A stretch of DNA of 64,000 nucleotides. Origin: Octopus vulgaris. Lineage: Eukaryota. The DNA is taken from assembly GCA_951406725.2 (NCBI GenBank), contig OX597832.1, positions 1,798,001-1,862,000 of the forward strand. Direction: 5' to 3'. The notes beneath the pieces are model-generated. The model was not told where the DNA came from and did no database searches. It worked only from the letters and a program-made list of their open reading frames with translations. This document shows positions 26,590 to 39,738 of this stretch, in pieces. The first letter of the stretch is position 1, and every line of letters starts with the position of its first letter. Position numbers and translations under genes: made by a program.

Positions 26590-26688
26590 GTATATATCAG
26601 TGTGTGTAGGGTAGGCTGATACGGGTATGTGTATGTATTTATCAGTACGTAGGTGCATGTATGTGTGTGTGTGTGCGCGCGCGTGCGC

Positions 26689-26727
<39 letters not shown>

Positions 26728-26888
26728 TACTTTGTATCAGACATATATTTAATTGTGTCTGTTCCTAACTCCTAACTAATGAATCGTCTAACGACCTCTC
26801 GATATCAATCGTTTGGCTTTCCTTAATGATTTTACTCTTTTGTTTTACTCTTTCTCTCTACCTCCTCTCTCTCCCTCTCTCCCTTTCT

Positions 26889-26953
<65 letters not shown>

Positions 26954-27085
26954 AATGCAAATTTTGTAACACGCGCGCATATTTTTCTATGTATTATGAT
27001 TTTTTTTACTATAATTTAACTATAGTAATTTTTAGCTGCATTTTTCTTGTACGAGTATAATCTATCTCCGATTGTTAATGTACCC

Positions 27086-27658
27086 TTATAATTTAGTTAT
27101 TAAAATTATTCTTTGGCGGCTGATTGAAATGATAGCTGTAATGTTTTTTGTTGAGCTTGTATAACTAAAAAAAATTCTCATATTAAATATTTCCATGGAT
27201 ATAGTAGGAGTAATGATGATGATGATGACGATGACTGCGATGATGATGAGGAGGAGGAGGAGGGGGAGGGAACGGAGGAGGAAGATAGCCCTTGTAACTT
27301 TTGTTGTTATCTTAACTTTTGAGTTAAAAGGATAAAGTTTACTACCAGATTCCAAACTACCAGATGCAAAAACGAAAATTACTTGAAAATAGGAGTTTGG
27401 ACTGCTATCATTTTCTTCAATACAGGGAACAATATCTAAACATTTGGTAGAAATCAAAATCTTGTTGAATGAGATAAAGGCTCTTTCAATATTGATTATA
27501 GTCATCAGTAACTGAAAATTTGAAAACCAAAATCTCCTCAAATCTTTCACCAACTGTTTAACTGCAAATCTAAGAAATTTTTCGTTCACTTGATTCACCT
27601 TTCGTGATTCAAGGTATTTGATTAATGTCGGGTAAAGATACGAATCTGCAAAGGACAT
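27086..27658 (-). other. Unassigned 190-codon ORF (about 120 non-repetitive codons plus a microsatellite-derived tail)
   Basis: ATG-initiated open frame in AT-rich unique sequence with a pyrimidine tract and AG upstream (27720). No recognisable domain. Confidence 0.2.
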
Positions 27659-28890
27659 TTTATTAAATGCTAAAGTATTTAAAAATAATCACAGATTAAT
27701 TTAATAAGAAATAGGATTTCTGAATGAATTTGGGAACAGAAAAAGAAATATATAAATCCTGATAAATGTAAATAAAATATTAGCAATAAACTAAAATAAA
27801 GTAAAAAGAATTTTGAGCAATAAAATTTTAAATAAATTCTACGCGTCAGGAATGAAGCTTTTGTAAAATTTGTGCATACAACACTAATTTATATCAAAAC
27901 GTAGTTTCGATTCTAAACGCACATATATATACACAAAAAGTCAGCGAAATAGAATTAAAGTTGCAGCTGACCAAGGCAACAGAGTGCCATCCAGCCAATG
28001 GCAGGATTAGCTATTTTAATCCGATTTCCTTCCTAGTGCTGAGTCTCTTGTAAAGACAGTTACAATTTAATAGACAAGTCCATCAAGTAACAAACAATTA
28101 GAACTACTGACTTAAGTAGAGGAATAAACAGATGTCATGATGTTCATGTGTTTACTGGAGACAAAGTGAAGTAAAATAGCTTGAACCAAAAATTTTAGCT
28201 AACTCATGGTGTCGGTATACTCTTAGCTACAACTCTTTTATGACTCACCTTTAAGTATTATAAAGAGATTAATACTCACAGTAATAGTTTTGGCAATTGT
28301 GATTATCAACGTCACTGACGACAACGGCGACGATGACGTAATGGTTGTTGTTGTTGTTGTGGTGGTGGTGGTGGTGGTGGTGGTTGGTGGTGGTAGGGGT
28401 GGTGGTAGCGGCGGCGGCGGCGGGGGCAGGGGGGATGGTTGCAGTGGGGGGTTGATGGTGGTGGTGGTGGTGGTGGTGGTGGTGGTGGTGGTTATATCAT
28501 TGCTACTCTTAATGAAAGAATCTTAAATAGTGATAAAGCAATTTCAAATGCATATTTCCTGATATTTATTTTTATCGATTCTCTACATGAAAAAAAATAG
28601 CAGAAATGGTTATGATACAAAGGCTTTATCATGAAATAACAGTAGCAACCCACTTGGAAGTAGTTCAATCTGAAAGTCTTTGATATTAAAATTAAATTAA
28701 CAGGAATAATGCTACATGCTGTGTGAAAAGAGATTGGTTTGCAAGCAGTTCATGCAAGTGTGAAAGATTCAGGGACTGTATTTGCATCATAGATTTTAAG
28801 AGAATGTTTTGGAGAATAATATGTTTGGCTCAACTCTGGGAATCAATTTCATGCGAAATATTGTACTGCTACAAGTGTATTGTAACATAC

Positions 28891-28964
28891 CTTTGTATCT
28901 CTGAAGTACCAACTTCTCTGCATACGGCCATAATGTGGAAGTACTGGAAGGCGCTCGGATAACA
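28891..28964 (-). other. Candidate 74-nt exon
   Basis: Minus strand tcctatattttgttag|TGTTATCC...ATACAAAG|gtatgt. Higher GC than the flanks and all three frames open. Confidence 0.3.
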
Positions 28965-29459
28965 CTAACAAAATATAGGATAAATAACAGCAGTGTATTC
29001 AGACAAGTGTCTGTAAGTCGCGATTTCTTTCGGTATTTCTTCTACAACGGCTGCAGTGATGAGAACAGTATCAAATCATTAAGTTTATAAATTATTTTCG
29101 TTTTATTCATTCGCCCCATTTCTTAACCAATGGAACAGAATCCGAGATTCAGGATCTAATAGTATTTATTTTATTTTTTTTTTTTTTATTTATTTTTTTT
29201 TTTTGGTAACTGTCATACGCTAATGAAATGGTTATAGATAGAATAAAAAATGGGGTATATATTCTGTGGAATATATCTTGATTTAGCAGACTTTCTATGC
29301 ATCCACACCTGGAGAATCAACACTTACCAATGTTGATGAAGTAATAATGATACAACGTATTGTATGAAATATCTAGCATAATCTTTCGGCAATACTCTAG
29401 AAGTAAAGTGGAGATGCAACAATTGTAGTATTGTGCAATAATACTCTTTCTTGTTTACA

Positions 29460-29700
29460 TTTTTAAATAGAGAGCAGCAGTTATGATGTCGACATTTTCA
29501 TAGCCGGCACGAATCAACATAACACAGGTAACTCTATTCCGATTTTCAGACGGTTTCCGATCCTTCAAGACAGCAAACATTTTCAGAAATACAATTTTAA
29601 TCTTTATGCTCTCCAACGCCGTTGACTATTCACCACTACATCAAGCTGTTCCCTAAAAAATGGAGACATATAAATCATCAAATTTAGCCCGAACACCCTG
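29460..29700 (-). mobile_element. 5' end fragment of a Tc1/mariner-superfamily (maT-like) element
   Basis: Minus strand begins TA|cagggtgttcgggctaaatttgatg, then RVTCVMLIRAGYENVDII, resembling the DD37D N-terminus. Confidence 0.5.
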
Positions 29701-29852
29701 TATGTATGTATGTATGTATGTATGTATGTATGTATGTATGTATCTATGTATCGATGTATGTATGTATGTATCTATGTATCTATGTATCGATGTATGTATG
29801 TATGTATGTATGTATATATACATATACATATACATATACATATATATATATA

Positions 29853-30341
29853 AGTAATGTTAATCGTCACATCAATATGACTGTTCAATGTTACTACCGT
29901 TTTAACCCCAGGCAGATCTTCCATCAGCTGATTATAGGTGCAGCCTGCACCCTGTATATTTTGTAAACAGGGGAGCGAACTCATACCATCCTCCGGCAGA
30001 CGACGGGATTACGAGACCGAATCGGTTTCGGGTTACTTGTGCCCATCTTCAATCGTAAAATCAGAGACCAATAGTCGCTTACTTTTCTATATATCGCGAG
30101 CTGAAGAGAATCCCTACTATATCTAGAAGTCTGGTGTTCACGACTGGAAATGGGCACAAGTAGCCCGAAACCTTTTGGTTTCGTGATCCTGTCGTCTTCT
30201 GGGAGATGGTAGGGGTCCGCTTCCCTGCTTTCAATATATAGAGGGTGCAGGTTGCACCGCCAACTAACTGGCGGGGAATTTACCTAGGGTTAAAACGGAA
30301 GTAACGTCGCACAGCTATATTGATGTGGTGATAAATATTAC
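29853..30341. repeat. Diverged fold-back with arms of about 215 bp and an HHR-like motif at about 30093-30187 (+)
   Basis: ccgttttaaccc/gggttaaaacgg, ggtgcagcctgcaccct/agggtgcaggttgcacc and tacttgtgcccat/atgggcacaagta. Motif atcgcgag-CTGAAGA-G...C-GAAACC-tttt-GGTT-tcgtgat. Confidence 0.85.
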
Positions 30342-31559
30342 ATCTTAACATAGTTGCTACTTTCATCTCTTATTGAGATTTTTCTAACTAGCTACTTTGC
30401 TTATATAAATACACTTATGCATATATTGTATATTAGCATATGCTTACATACATATGCAAACTCATGCAAATGTGCGTGTGTAAAAGACAGACAGACAGAG
30501 ATGCACAAACAGTGGGGATCGAGTGGAGAGGCAATGGAATAATTTAATTCATACATCTGATAGTAGATATGGAACCTTCCCGCTATTGAGTTACTTCGTA
30601 ATAAGATAACATATTTCTAATTAAACATCCCTCGACACAGTTCTCTTGTCCCAAGATTTCAGCTTACAACAATGACATTAATTCCTTATAAAATAATGTC
30701 AAAATTTCGTTGATCCATTCAACTCAGTGAAATATCCAATCGACCTTTACAGAACCATTGGGGAATTGTAATCTCTAAAGATTGGCACAAATTATTTTAA
30801 CTCGTCATCAAAAGAGGAATTACTCTTCAAATCTATTCCCAGTGATCTCTGAAGATAATATGTGGCTATTCATAGATTGTTTTCAAATTCCTCCGTTAGA
30901 AAAAGTTGTCTAAAATGGAACTTTTTCGAGACACCTAATTAGAAAGAAATACCCAAAAATAACAAATAGATGGAATTAGGAACAGTTGGTACAAACGAAG
31001 TAAGAAAACTGTTGCAAATTGAATTACGCCGTTAACAGGAAATTCAATAATATTAATTCAATATAACACAACTGTGAGACTTCATGCTTACGTGAATGGT
31101 TATATTGGTTTTCCAAATGAATACACAAGTTGGCAAATGTACTTCTACTCATTGTTATTCTTTGTTTTTGTGTTTCACTTCCATGTGTGAAAATCTTAGT
31201 TCAATAGATAACCGACTGGAAACTAGAGTTTGCTGGAATTTTATATCACGTCATTTCATTTTTGTAATTAATTAAAAAATATTATTGTAAGTATTGAAGT
31301 AATTTCCTTTCACTTTCATTTCGCCAGCAGGCCAATTTTACTAAAACGCAGTTAGAACATATGCAACATATGCAACAGCATAAAATTATTATTCCCCTAC
31401 ATGTAAATATTTCTTCAAAAATTATTTAACTTCTAATTTTGATCACCCATCCACACGCAGCCACACACACACACATGCACACATATATATACATATATAC
31501 ACACACATACACATATATTTATATACATACACGCACACACACTCAAACACACATACACA

Positions 31560-31659
<100 letters not shown>

Positions 31660-31810
31660 CAAGTTTAGAAGTAAGACAGGTGTATATCTGGAAGCAGACG
31701 GGTTCGTGATAATCTACTTGTGCTAAATTTCACACCAGCAGTCGTACATCTAACATACGTGGCGGGGTGCACGCGTGTAATGTGGGTGCACGCCTGTGTG
31801 TGTGTGTGTG

Positions 31811-31904
<94 letters not shown>

Positions 31905-32339
31905 CTAGTTGACTTATCCGCACTAAATTAATATCTAGCTCTTCAGACGTCTCGGACTCCTGACCAAGAAGATTTGGAGTCCTCCATTTGAGAAGTCAGA
32001 TCATGTGAGTAAACAGTGTGAATAAAGTGATAACAGATAATCTTGTTTGTGGTTCGTACTAATCTACAGCCTGTGAGATCTAACAACGACGTCAGGCAGT
32101 GAAGGAATGCATGCCAGCCGTTCTATGTGGCTAGGTAAACGCTGATTCTTTCAAGTTAGTTGTATTTGCTGCATAAAGTATTAGGTGATTTATCTTTGCA
32201 GTATTTGTAGTCAGGTGTCTAGCTTGCACTGGTGTTTAGTATGAGCGAGCAGCTTTTGTTTATCCTGAAAGCGCATCCGAGCCGTGGGGTTATGGTAGTC
32301 TTTACGGTGTTTTAGCAGCAGTCAATGGTTTTGAAGCAC

Positions 32340-32650
32340 ATTATGGAGCTTTTCTTTGATGGCAGGAATATGATAGATGGGTTTCTTTGTTAATGGATAC
32401 TTGAGGCCGTTGCAAAGTATGCAATTTCTCACGGAGGTTAATGTTGGCAATTACAAATAACAGATAAGGAGGGACATTGCCAAGGATGCTCCATGTGATG
32501 TTGGGGGAGTATTTTTCTGGGTTTCAGTTTCCATATGAAGCGGAACAAATAGATGGAGTTTTTTTCCATGTCTCTGCACTTGTAATACTCCATACGTTTG
32601 GATTTTCTCTTGAAATCACTGACTGTCAGGTCCGTATAGTTTTTCTCGAA
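32340..32650 (-). mobile_element. PLE GIY-YIG endonuclease C-terminal remnant (same type as 1-570)
   Basis: NYTDLTVSDFK..FIWKLK..ITWSILGNVPPY..NCQ..LREKLHTLQRPQVSINKETHLSYSCHQRK matches YIGLT..FK..YIW.LK..I.WSI....PY..C.LC..EK..LNK..E....CRH. Confidence 0.65.
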
Positions 32651-33343
32651 ATTATAGTATGGCGTAGGAACTTAACAAACATTACACTTTACAAATAAAT
32701 ACAAATAAACTAACTCACTGCATCATCTACTATCAGCTTGGTTCATACAGTTCGTATGTACATGGGCCTACAGACTTTTATTGTAAAATAATGATATTGA
32801 CAAGCTTTTTGTCCCGGTCGCTAAACTAGTCACAACAAATCTGTCTCTGCTTCAAAATGACCAGCATTCCTATTAATTATGTTCTAATCCTTCCATTCCT
32901 TCTCTCTCTTATTCTCTCTTTACCTCCAAATTCACTCTGTTCCTAATATTCTTCACTTTCTCCCTCCACTTCCCCAACTTTTTCTATTTTATACAGCATG
33001 AAAGCTGTTAGTAGTCTCTGAAATTTTCAGTTATTCATTACTCTTCGCATATTCTCATCGTGTAATAATGATGATAAACATTTTCCTTGCTCCTTCAAGA
33101 AAGAATTTGCTAGAAACGTCAGAAACTGTTTTTCTAACTTCATCCGAGCTTTAAAAATTTACATCTTTGTTTTTGCGTGAGAGAGAATAGGGAGACAGAT
33201 AGACAGACGGACGGACGGACAGACATACAGACGGACAGACAGAGACAGACGGGCGGATGGACAGGCAGACAGAGACAGAGAGACAGAGATAGAGAAAGAG
33301 AGAGAGCGAAAGATAGAGGAGTACATACATGCAAGCATACATG

Positions 33344-33442
<99 letters not shown>

Positions 33443-34249
33443 GTTTAATCAGACATTCAACACTTGTTTTATGGTGATCACCAAATATTAGTTGCAACGA
33501 ATACTTTTGTAACTTTTCTTGAAGACTATCAACAAAAGCTGCAAAAATATTCGTTCAAAGTTAATTATTATTTACACAGTGGTAACCCTTTTTAATATCC
33601 AGCTACACGTTTCTAACTTGCTTTCCACAAATTATGTCTCGTTAACTTTTTCAATAAGATTTTCTTTATAATACATTCTATATTGCAGTAATTTGTTTAA
33701 GTATTTGTTGAAAAATACTTTTCAATATCGTTATCTTAATTTTCTCAGAATTTCTGTCTGAATCATTCATAGTTTGTCGGAGTAATTAAATAAAATATCA
33801 GATATTTTAAATACGGTGGACTTGAGTTTATTAGATTAAGACCAATGGTTTCGCCGAGATATTCACCAGAAACTAAAATCTAATCGGAAGTGTGAAGATT
33901 AAAAGATAAAAAAGGTGTGGGGGTGAGAACAATAATAATTTATTCTACTTTTCTATACAGAGTAACGTTTTGCCGGAAATAATTGCTTATCAGTTTTTGA
34001 GAAAAATATTTCTAGTTTAAATGGAAAAGTGTCACCAATTTCCAAACTCTTTAATCGAGCGGTTATATTTGAAACTGGTCAGAATATATTAGATTCGTTG
34101 AGTTGACATTATTTGGCAAAATAGAACGTAGATGAGTTTCACAGTATCTACAACTTACACGCGAAATCCAGGAGATTTGGGGTGTTTTTTATAGTAATAA
34201 AAAACATCTTAGACACTGTGCTCCTAATTTTTGCAGGCCTTCAAAGACT

Positions 34250-34720
34250 GATGAAATTATTGTTGATGTTCATCTTGAACCACTGTAGAGAAAATGTAGG
34301 CAGGAAGACACTACAGAAGGGTTATTCTCTTGTCGAGAAATGGTGTGAATTTTGGTTTGTGAGGAACCCAGGAGAGTAGGTACAACATTAGATGTAGAGA
34401 GAGGCGAGTGTGTTCGAGTGATGGAGTTGGTAATCTACTAGCCCACGATAGAAAGACAGAGGAATGAGATCGTGCATCTGTGGTTCACAGAATGAGGTAA
34501 CGGATTTGGCTGAAGTGTATTGAGATTTAACATCAAACCGATCGATCTAATGGTTTTCATTTGGAAATGGTGTATGATATTCATGAATGTAGTAACAGTG
34601 TAATCCAGGATACGAGAATAATGTCCCGCCTAGGATCCCACGTAAGCTTTTAGCGAGTCAGCAACAGTAATGAGAGTGAATATGCAGTCGCATGTACTTT
34701 AATATGTTATGGTTAAACGC
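34250..34720 (-). mobile_element. Very decayed L2/Crack-like LINE 3' end
   Basis: Residual motifs NHRCTISFLCL(F)YR, LPAYIFS and FKMNINN. Confidence 0.4.
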
Positions 34721-35292
34721 CTGAAGTAGTTAGTAATTGCCTTCATCGGAAAAATTGATTCAAATAATTAGAAGAATACCGATATTTCACCTCTTTCTGC
34801 ATTGTTCCGTATTGCACTAAATAGGAAGAAAACGAGGGACTATATGTCAGCCAGCTTCCGAGTACAGCTTCTTGTCTGAACCAACGATCAGGATCTCAAG
34901 TATCTCACCACACTCCTCTCTGCTATCGTCTCCGTTTTTCCTTTTTTTTTCAAACCCCCCCCCCCCCACTATAATTACTTCTTAGGTTTTTCAGGTATCT
35001 CCCGTCATCTTTCCACTGCATCTCTACATTTTCCTTTCACATCTCTTCCTCTTACATTGCTACTGAGACAATTATCATCCCGATTTTTTAACTTATTTTT
35101 TCTTTACAGCTAAGTCTGAGTATGAGCTGACTTTCTTTTTATTCTCACACACACACTCTCTCTCACACATGCTTTCTCTCTCCTTCTTACCTTCTTTCTT
35201 CCTCATTTTACATATAGTTTTTCTCATTCTGGCTTTTCACTCCTTGCATTTCTCCTTCTATATACATAACTTTTTCTATTTTTTTCTCTTGT

Positions 35293-35570
35293 CTAGTATG
35301 ACATTCTGGGGATGAATGATTGGATGTAATGGTTAGTGCGAGGAGAAGGCGTTCGAACCCAACGAGGGTGACGAAAAATGGAAAGACGTGTGAACCATTG
35401 GTGCTTGTGTGGTAGAGGTATGAGACCGGTTCGCCCCCAGAAACGGAGGCCATTATAGTAACTATAGAAAAAAAGCAAAGTTGAGTGTTTCTCTAACTTT
35501 AGGTATGCCAATCAGCTGAGTGATCACTCTCCGAATGCAATCCAGAATGCCAGTATGCGTAACTTGATAT
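35293..35570 (-). mobile_element. L2/Crack-like LINE ORF2 C-terminal fragment
   Basis: ILDCIRRVITQLIG..LFFYSYYNG..FTRLSIFRHPRWVRTPSPRTNHYIQSFIPRMS matches LDRIQ..AIRLI / FYRYY.G / HP..V..P..RT..Y..SF.PR. Confidence 0.6.
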
Positions 35571-35689
35571 GAGTTGACCTTGAAGTATTTGCTGTTAAAA
35601 AGACAATGTTGATATTGTCCCCACTAGAGGATATTACCCTTTATGGAATCAATGCAAGTTTGATATGTGCGTGTGTATGTGTGTGTGTA

Positions 35690-35718
35690 TTATATATATA
35701 TATAACTCAACTTGTGTA

Positions 35719-35749
<31 letters not shown>

Positions 35750-36528
35750 CTGTGTGTTTAACTTCTCGGCACATCTCCTTCTAGCCAACAAATCGTAGAA
35801 CCACCAAAAATGGGTCACTTAAAATGAAAATTGAACTGCGCTATTTCTGTTCCGAAATTCATCTCGCAAGCACAAAAATCGATAATGTGTTTGTTTAGGC
35901 CTTATCCCATACATTGAATAGTGAACTTTACTCAGTCAGCTGTTTGACGTGAACTGTGTTCACTACGCGTGCAAGCATGCGTAAATTGCATGAAAAATAA
36001 TTAAAAAAATCAAGATATAAAAACGAATCGCCGTAAACATTGTAGAAATTCCGCAAAGAAATGAATTTTCGGGATGTAGCCTGGAGGGTTTTATCGTATT
36101 AATCGTTTGGACTTCGTGAACACATACCAATTGTTTTCATAACATTTTTAAAACGTTTTGAATTAAATGTGACCATTTTGCGTTAAGTCTGCAGTTTGAA
36201 TCACTTTAACCAAATTTTAGCAGGCCGGATTTTTGGTCATCACGATACATCGCCAGCGACTCCCTGAAACTCTCCCCTGAAATCCCCGTTGAGAAATACT
36301 GATCTAAAAGAATAATTCAACAATGCAATTATTTGATCAACAAAAATTTATGAAATGCTTCTACGTACTTCCTATTGAGGAAATGGAACACATAAGCGCA
36401 AAAATAGAGGGCATTAAATCCTTGATTTTAAAACCAAAATAATTGAATTTTGATTGAACTTCATCCAAGTTTAGCTTAATTCGCGCGTGCATAGAACGCA
36501 CGAGCGCACGAGCCGGGCAATACTGCTA

Positions 36529-36529
<1 letters not shown>
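35690..36529 (+). mobile_element. Probable non-autonomous Helitron-like element
   Basis: 5' tatatataa followed by a (TG)n/TGTC tract. 3' hairpin cgtgc-atagaac-gcacg, then ccgggcaatactgCTAG|t. Confidence 0.5.
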
Positions 36530-36567
<38 letters not shown>

Positions 36568-36573
<6 letters not shown>

Positions 36574-36743
36574 GTTCTCACCAACAAACTAAATGCGTTA
36601 CCTGGACTACGCATACATAATACACTTCCCCATATATACATGTATGTATATATGGGGAAGTGTATTATGTATGCGTATGTGTGTTCGTATGTGTACCTAT
36701 CTAGTCCAGGTAACGCATTTAGTTTGTTGTTGAGAACATTATA
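36568..36743. repeat. Near-perfect hairpin (stem of about 70 bp with a bulge of about 25 nt) abutting (TA)n
   Basis: aatgttctcaccaacaaactaaatgcgttacctggacta / tagtccaggtaacgcatttagtttgttgttgagaacatt, with inner tacgcatacataatacacttccccatatataca mirrored. Confidence 0.92.
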
Positions 36744-37280
36744 ACTCGAACTTATTACTCGAGTGTTGATAAATATTTCCTTGATCCTGGGAACTTTATT
36801 TTAAGCACGAACCTAATTGTTCTTTGTGTGTTGTACACTGTTTAGCTTATCATTAATTCTTGTGAATTTGAAAGCTTGATTTTAGTTTAATGCTCTCGCA
36901 TAGGATACTTTGTTTAACACATTAAGTTAATTTTGCTAATATTCCTGTTTAATGTTGCCTTGCTACTTTTTTCCAACTTAAATTACTTGCTAATTTTCCT
37001 ACCAAATCTGAGTTATATGTGTATAATGTTTCTACATTTGTTATTCACAGCACAACTTAAAGTCTAAGATATATATAGATTAGGAAGAACCGTCAACCAG
37101 TATTGAGTGCAACTATTTTCCCCGCAGCGAGGAGTTGCTGCTGTAGAAAGTTTCTAAAAGAAATGAGTTTCATTTTATATTTCACTTTATAAATTTGTGA
37201 CCCAGAATTGTCCTTGCGAATACACACGTATGTACGCTCACGCATGCATACATACAACATACTACATATATGTGTGGGTA

Positions 37281-37313
<33 letters not shown>

Positions 37314-37981
37314 ATGTGTGTATGTATGTACGCATGTATGTATACAGTCGCGTTATCAACATATGGGTCTAGGTGGAAGAAAATGGTTGCAAAATTTAAA
37401 CGTGAGAAAAACACCAACTGAGCCAATAAGAAGCCTACACACAGTCACTAGAGCTGCTGGAATTTGCAGCCAAATGTCTCCTAAAATCACATCACACCAT
37501 CTTAAAAGCGGAAAAAAGGACATGATGGTAACACCTTAGCTGCCTTTGATTAGAGTTTTGCTTATCAGGGCTAAGCAACAACTGAACGAATAATCTAGCA
37601 ACAGTACATCTTTCGCCCGCGCAATAGAAAAGTGTTGGCAAAGATAGAATGATATTTTATACGTCACTTAAATAAAAAAATGAGTGCAATATTTATATAT
37701 TCCCAAATGGTTTACATATGAAGTGGAGGGTAAGCAAGGAAGAAATACACACTTATAAACATGCTAACTTATAAAAATGACATTGATTCCAATAATTAAT
37801 AATGTAATTGATGTAAAAAAAAAATTGTATCTTAATTATGACCACAAAGACATTGATCGGAAACTGAACACGAAATGATCAAAGGAACTCCTCACAACAT
37901 AAAACGTGGTTCTAAACCTATTAAATATGTACAAGTATATGTCTAAATTCATTTAAATATATATATATATGTATATGTATT

Positions 37982-38034
<53 letters not shown>

Positions 38035-38429
38035 TCACACACACATATGTGCATTTAGAAAGAAAAAAGGAAACAGGCGTATAGAGATTCTCAGGTATGG
38101 ATCATCAGACGATCGAACTTGCCTAAATATCTCAAAAAAGTATGTGTGTGAATGTGTACGCATATATGTATATTTAAGTATACATATGCCATATGTCAAT
38201 ATATGTATACATACATATATATATATATATATATAAGTAGTTGAATGAATTATCTTAGTATGGATAATTCGGTTAACCGACACCTGGGTAGCAAATTCAC
38301 GTCAGAAAAACACGGTTGAAGCTACATGCCAAGGGCAGAGATCACGTGCTTTCGTGTGGAAATTTGTGTGTTTTTAATACAAATAAATGAAAGAATGGAG
38401 TTGAACGACGATTTAACAAAATTCCTTTA

Positions 38430-38512
38430 TTCTCGACATATGTTTCGAAGGCTGCATATTCCTAATTTCGAAGGAATAAGGGGTGCATTACGCCGCCTTC
38501 TCATCAGGAAAA
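38430..38512 (-). ncRNA. Type I hammerhead ribozyme
   Basis: ttttc-CTGATGA-GAAGGC..tgca..tattcct-tcgaaatt-aggaata-tgca-GCCTTC-GAAAC-ATAT-GTC-gagaa. Confidence 0.85.
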
Positions 38513-38651
38513 ACAAGGAACCTATGTCAGCATCAAGATGAACAAAAACTCTTAGATGACTGCCCACACGGAGTCCATTATCGCTATGGACTCCTAGTGG
38601 GCAGTCATCTAAGAGTTTTTGTTCATCTTGATGCTGACATAAGTTCCTTGT

Positions 38652-38734
38652 TTTTCCTGATGAGAAGCCGGCGTAATGCACCCTTTATTCCTTCGAAATT
38701 AGGAATATGCAGCCTTCGAAACATATGTCGAGAA
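38652..38734 (+). ncRNA. Type I hammerhead ribozyme
   Basis: Stem I ttttc/gagaa, CTGATGA 38657-38663, stem II GAAG/CTTC, GAAAC 38718-38722, palindromic loop ATAT, GUC 38727-38729. Confidence 0.85.
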
Positions 38735-39060
38735 TAAAGGAATTTTGCTAAATCGTCGTTCAACTCCATGCTTTCATTTATATATATATATATATATATA
38801 TATGAAAATGATGCAATACGAAAGTATCGCTTTCCAGTAAAAGATAGCCCGTAAGGGTAAAATTATACATATAAAAGTAAATAAATGGTACAACGAAGTA
38901 CCGATATTTACTGGAAAATAGCGATCGTAATAAATACGACGCTATTGTATAGCTTCACTGCCTATATGCTAGTAAAGACGTGTGTGTGCCAGAAACATGA
39001 AAAATATTTGTTTTACCTCTAGGAAGAACATCTGAAAAATGAAAAACCTAGAAACGGATA

Positions 39061-39130
39061 ATGCAGGACCGGTTTCAGACTCTTCAAATACGTTTGACAA
39101 CGTAGATTTGATATATCTTCATCAGCTGCA
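39061..39130 (-). ncRNA. Type I hammerhead ribozyme
   Basis: tgcag-CTGATGA-AGAT...GTCT-GAAAC-CG-GTC-ctgcat. Confidence 0.8.
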
Positions 39131-39483
39131 AAATTTCAAATGTTGCCACATCTATGCCAGTACACTCGTCTGAACGCCAAAACGTTAACAGAACGAGAAC
39201 AGTGAATATCGGTACTTCGTTGTGCCATTTATTTACTTTTATATGTATAATTTTACCCTTACGGGCTATCTTTTACTGGAAAGCAATACTTCCGTATTGC
39301 ATTATTTTCATTGAAACTTCTTATAATTTTACCCTTACGGGCTATCTTTTACTGGAAAGCAATACTTCCGTATTGCATTATTTTCATTGAAACTTCTTCA
39401 CTGTTCTCGTTCTGTTAACGTTTTGGCGTTCAGACGAGTGTACTGGCATAGTTGTGGCAACATTTGAAATTTTGTCCAGGTAT

Positions 39484-39555
39484 ATGCAGCTGATGAAGAC
39501 ATATCAAATCAAAAGTTGTCAAACGTATTTGAAGAGTCTGAAACCGGTCCTGCAT
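39484..39555 (+). ncRNA. Type I hammerhead ribozyme
   Basis: atgcag-CTGATGA-AGAC..tcaaat..atttga..GTCT-GAAAC-CG-GTC-ctgcat. 6-bp stem I and palindromic ACCGGT stem III. Confidence 0.88.
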
Positions 39556-39738
39556 TATCCGTATCTAGGTTTTTCATTTTTCAAATGTTCTTCCTAGAGG
39601 TAAGACAAATTTTTTTCATGTTTGTTGCACACACACGTCTTTACTAGTATATACGCAGTGAAGCTATACAATAGCGTCGTATTTATTACGATCGCTATTT
39701 TCCAGTAAATATCGGTACTTCGTTGTACCATTTATTTA

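Larger units (their letters stand above)
38383..38781. repeat. Near-perfect 399-bp palindrome carrying a complete HHR on each strand
   Basis: Arms of about 196 bp with few mismatches. Loop tatcgct at about 38579-38585. Confidence 0.95.

Noticed and set aside
28290-28526. Gly/Val-rich protein
   Set aside because: A (GTT)/(GGT)/(GGC) trinucleotide array.
29853-30341. ADAR hyper-editing footprint in the hairpin arms
   Set aside because: Transitions occur in both directions (roughly 22 giving G-U and 15 giving A-C by eye), without the strong strand bias expected from editing.
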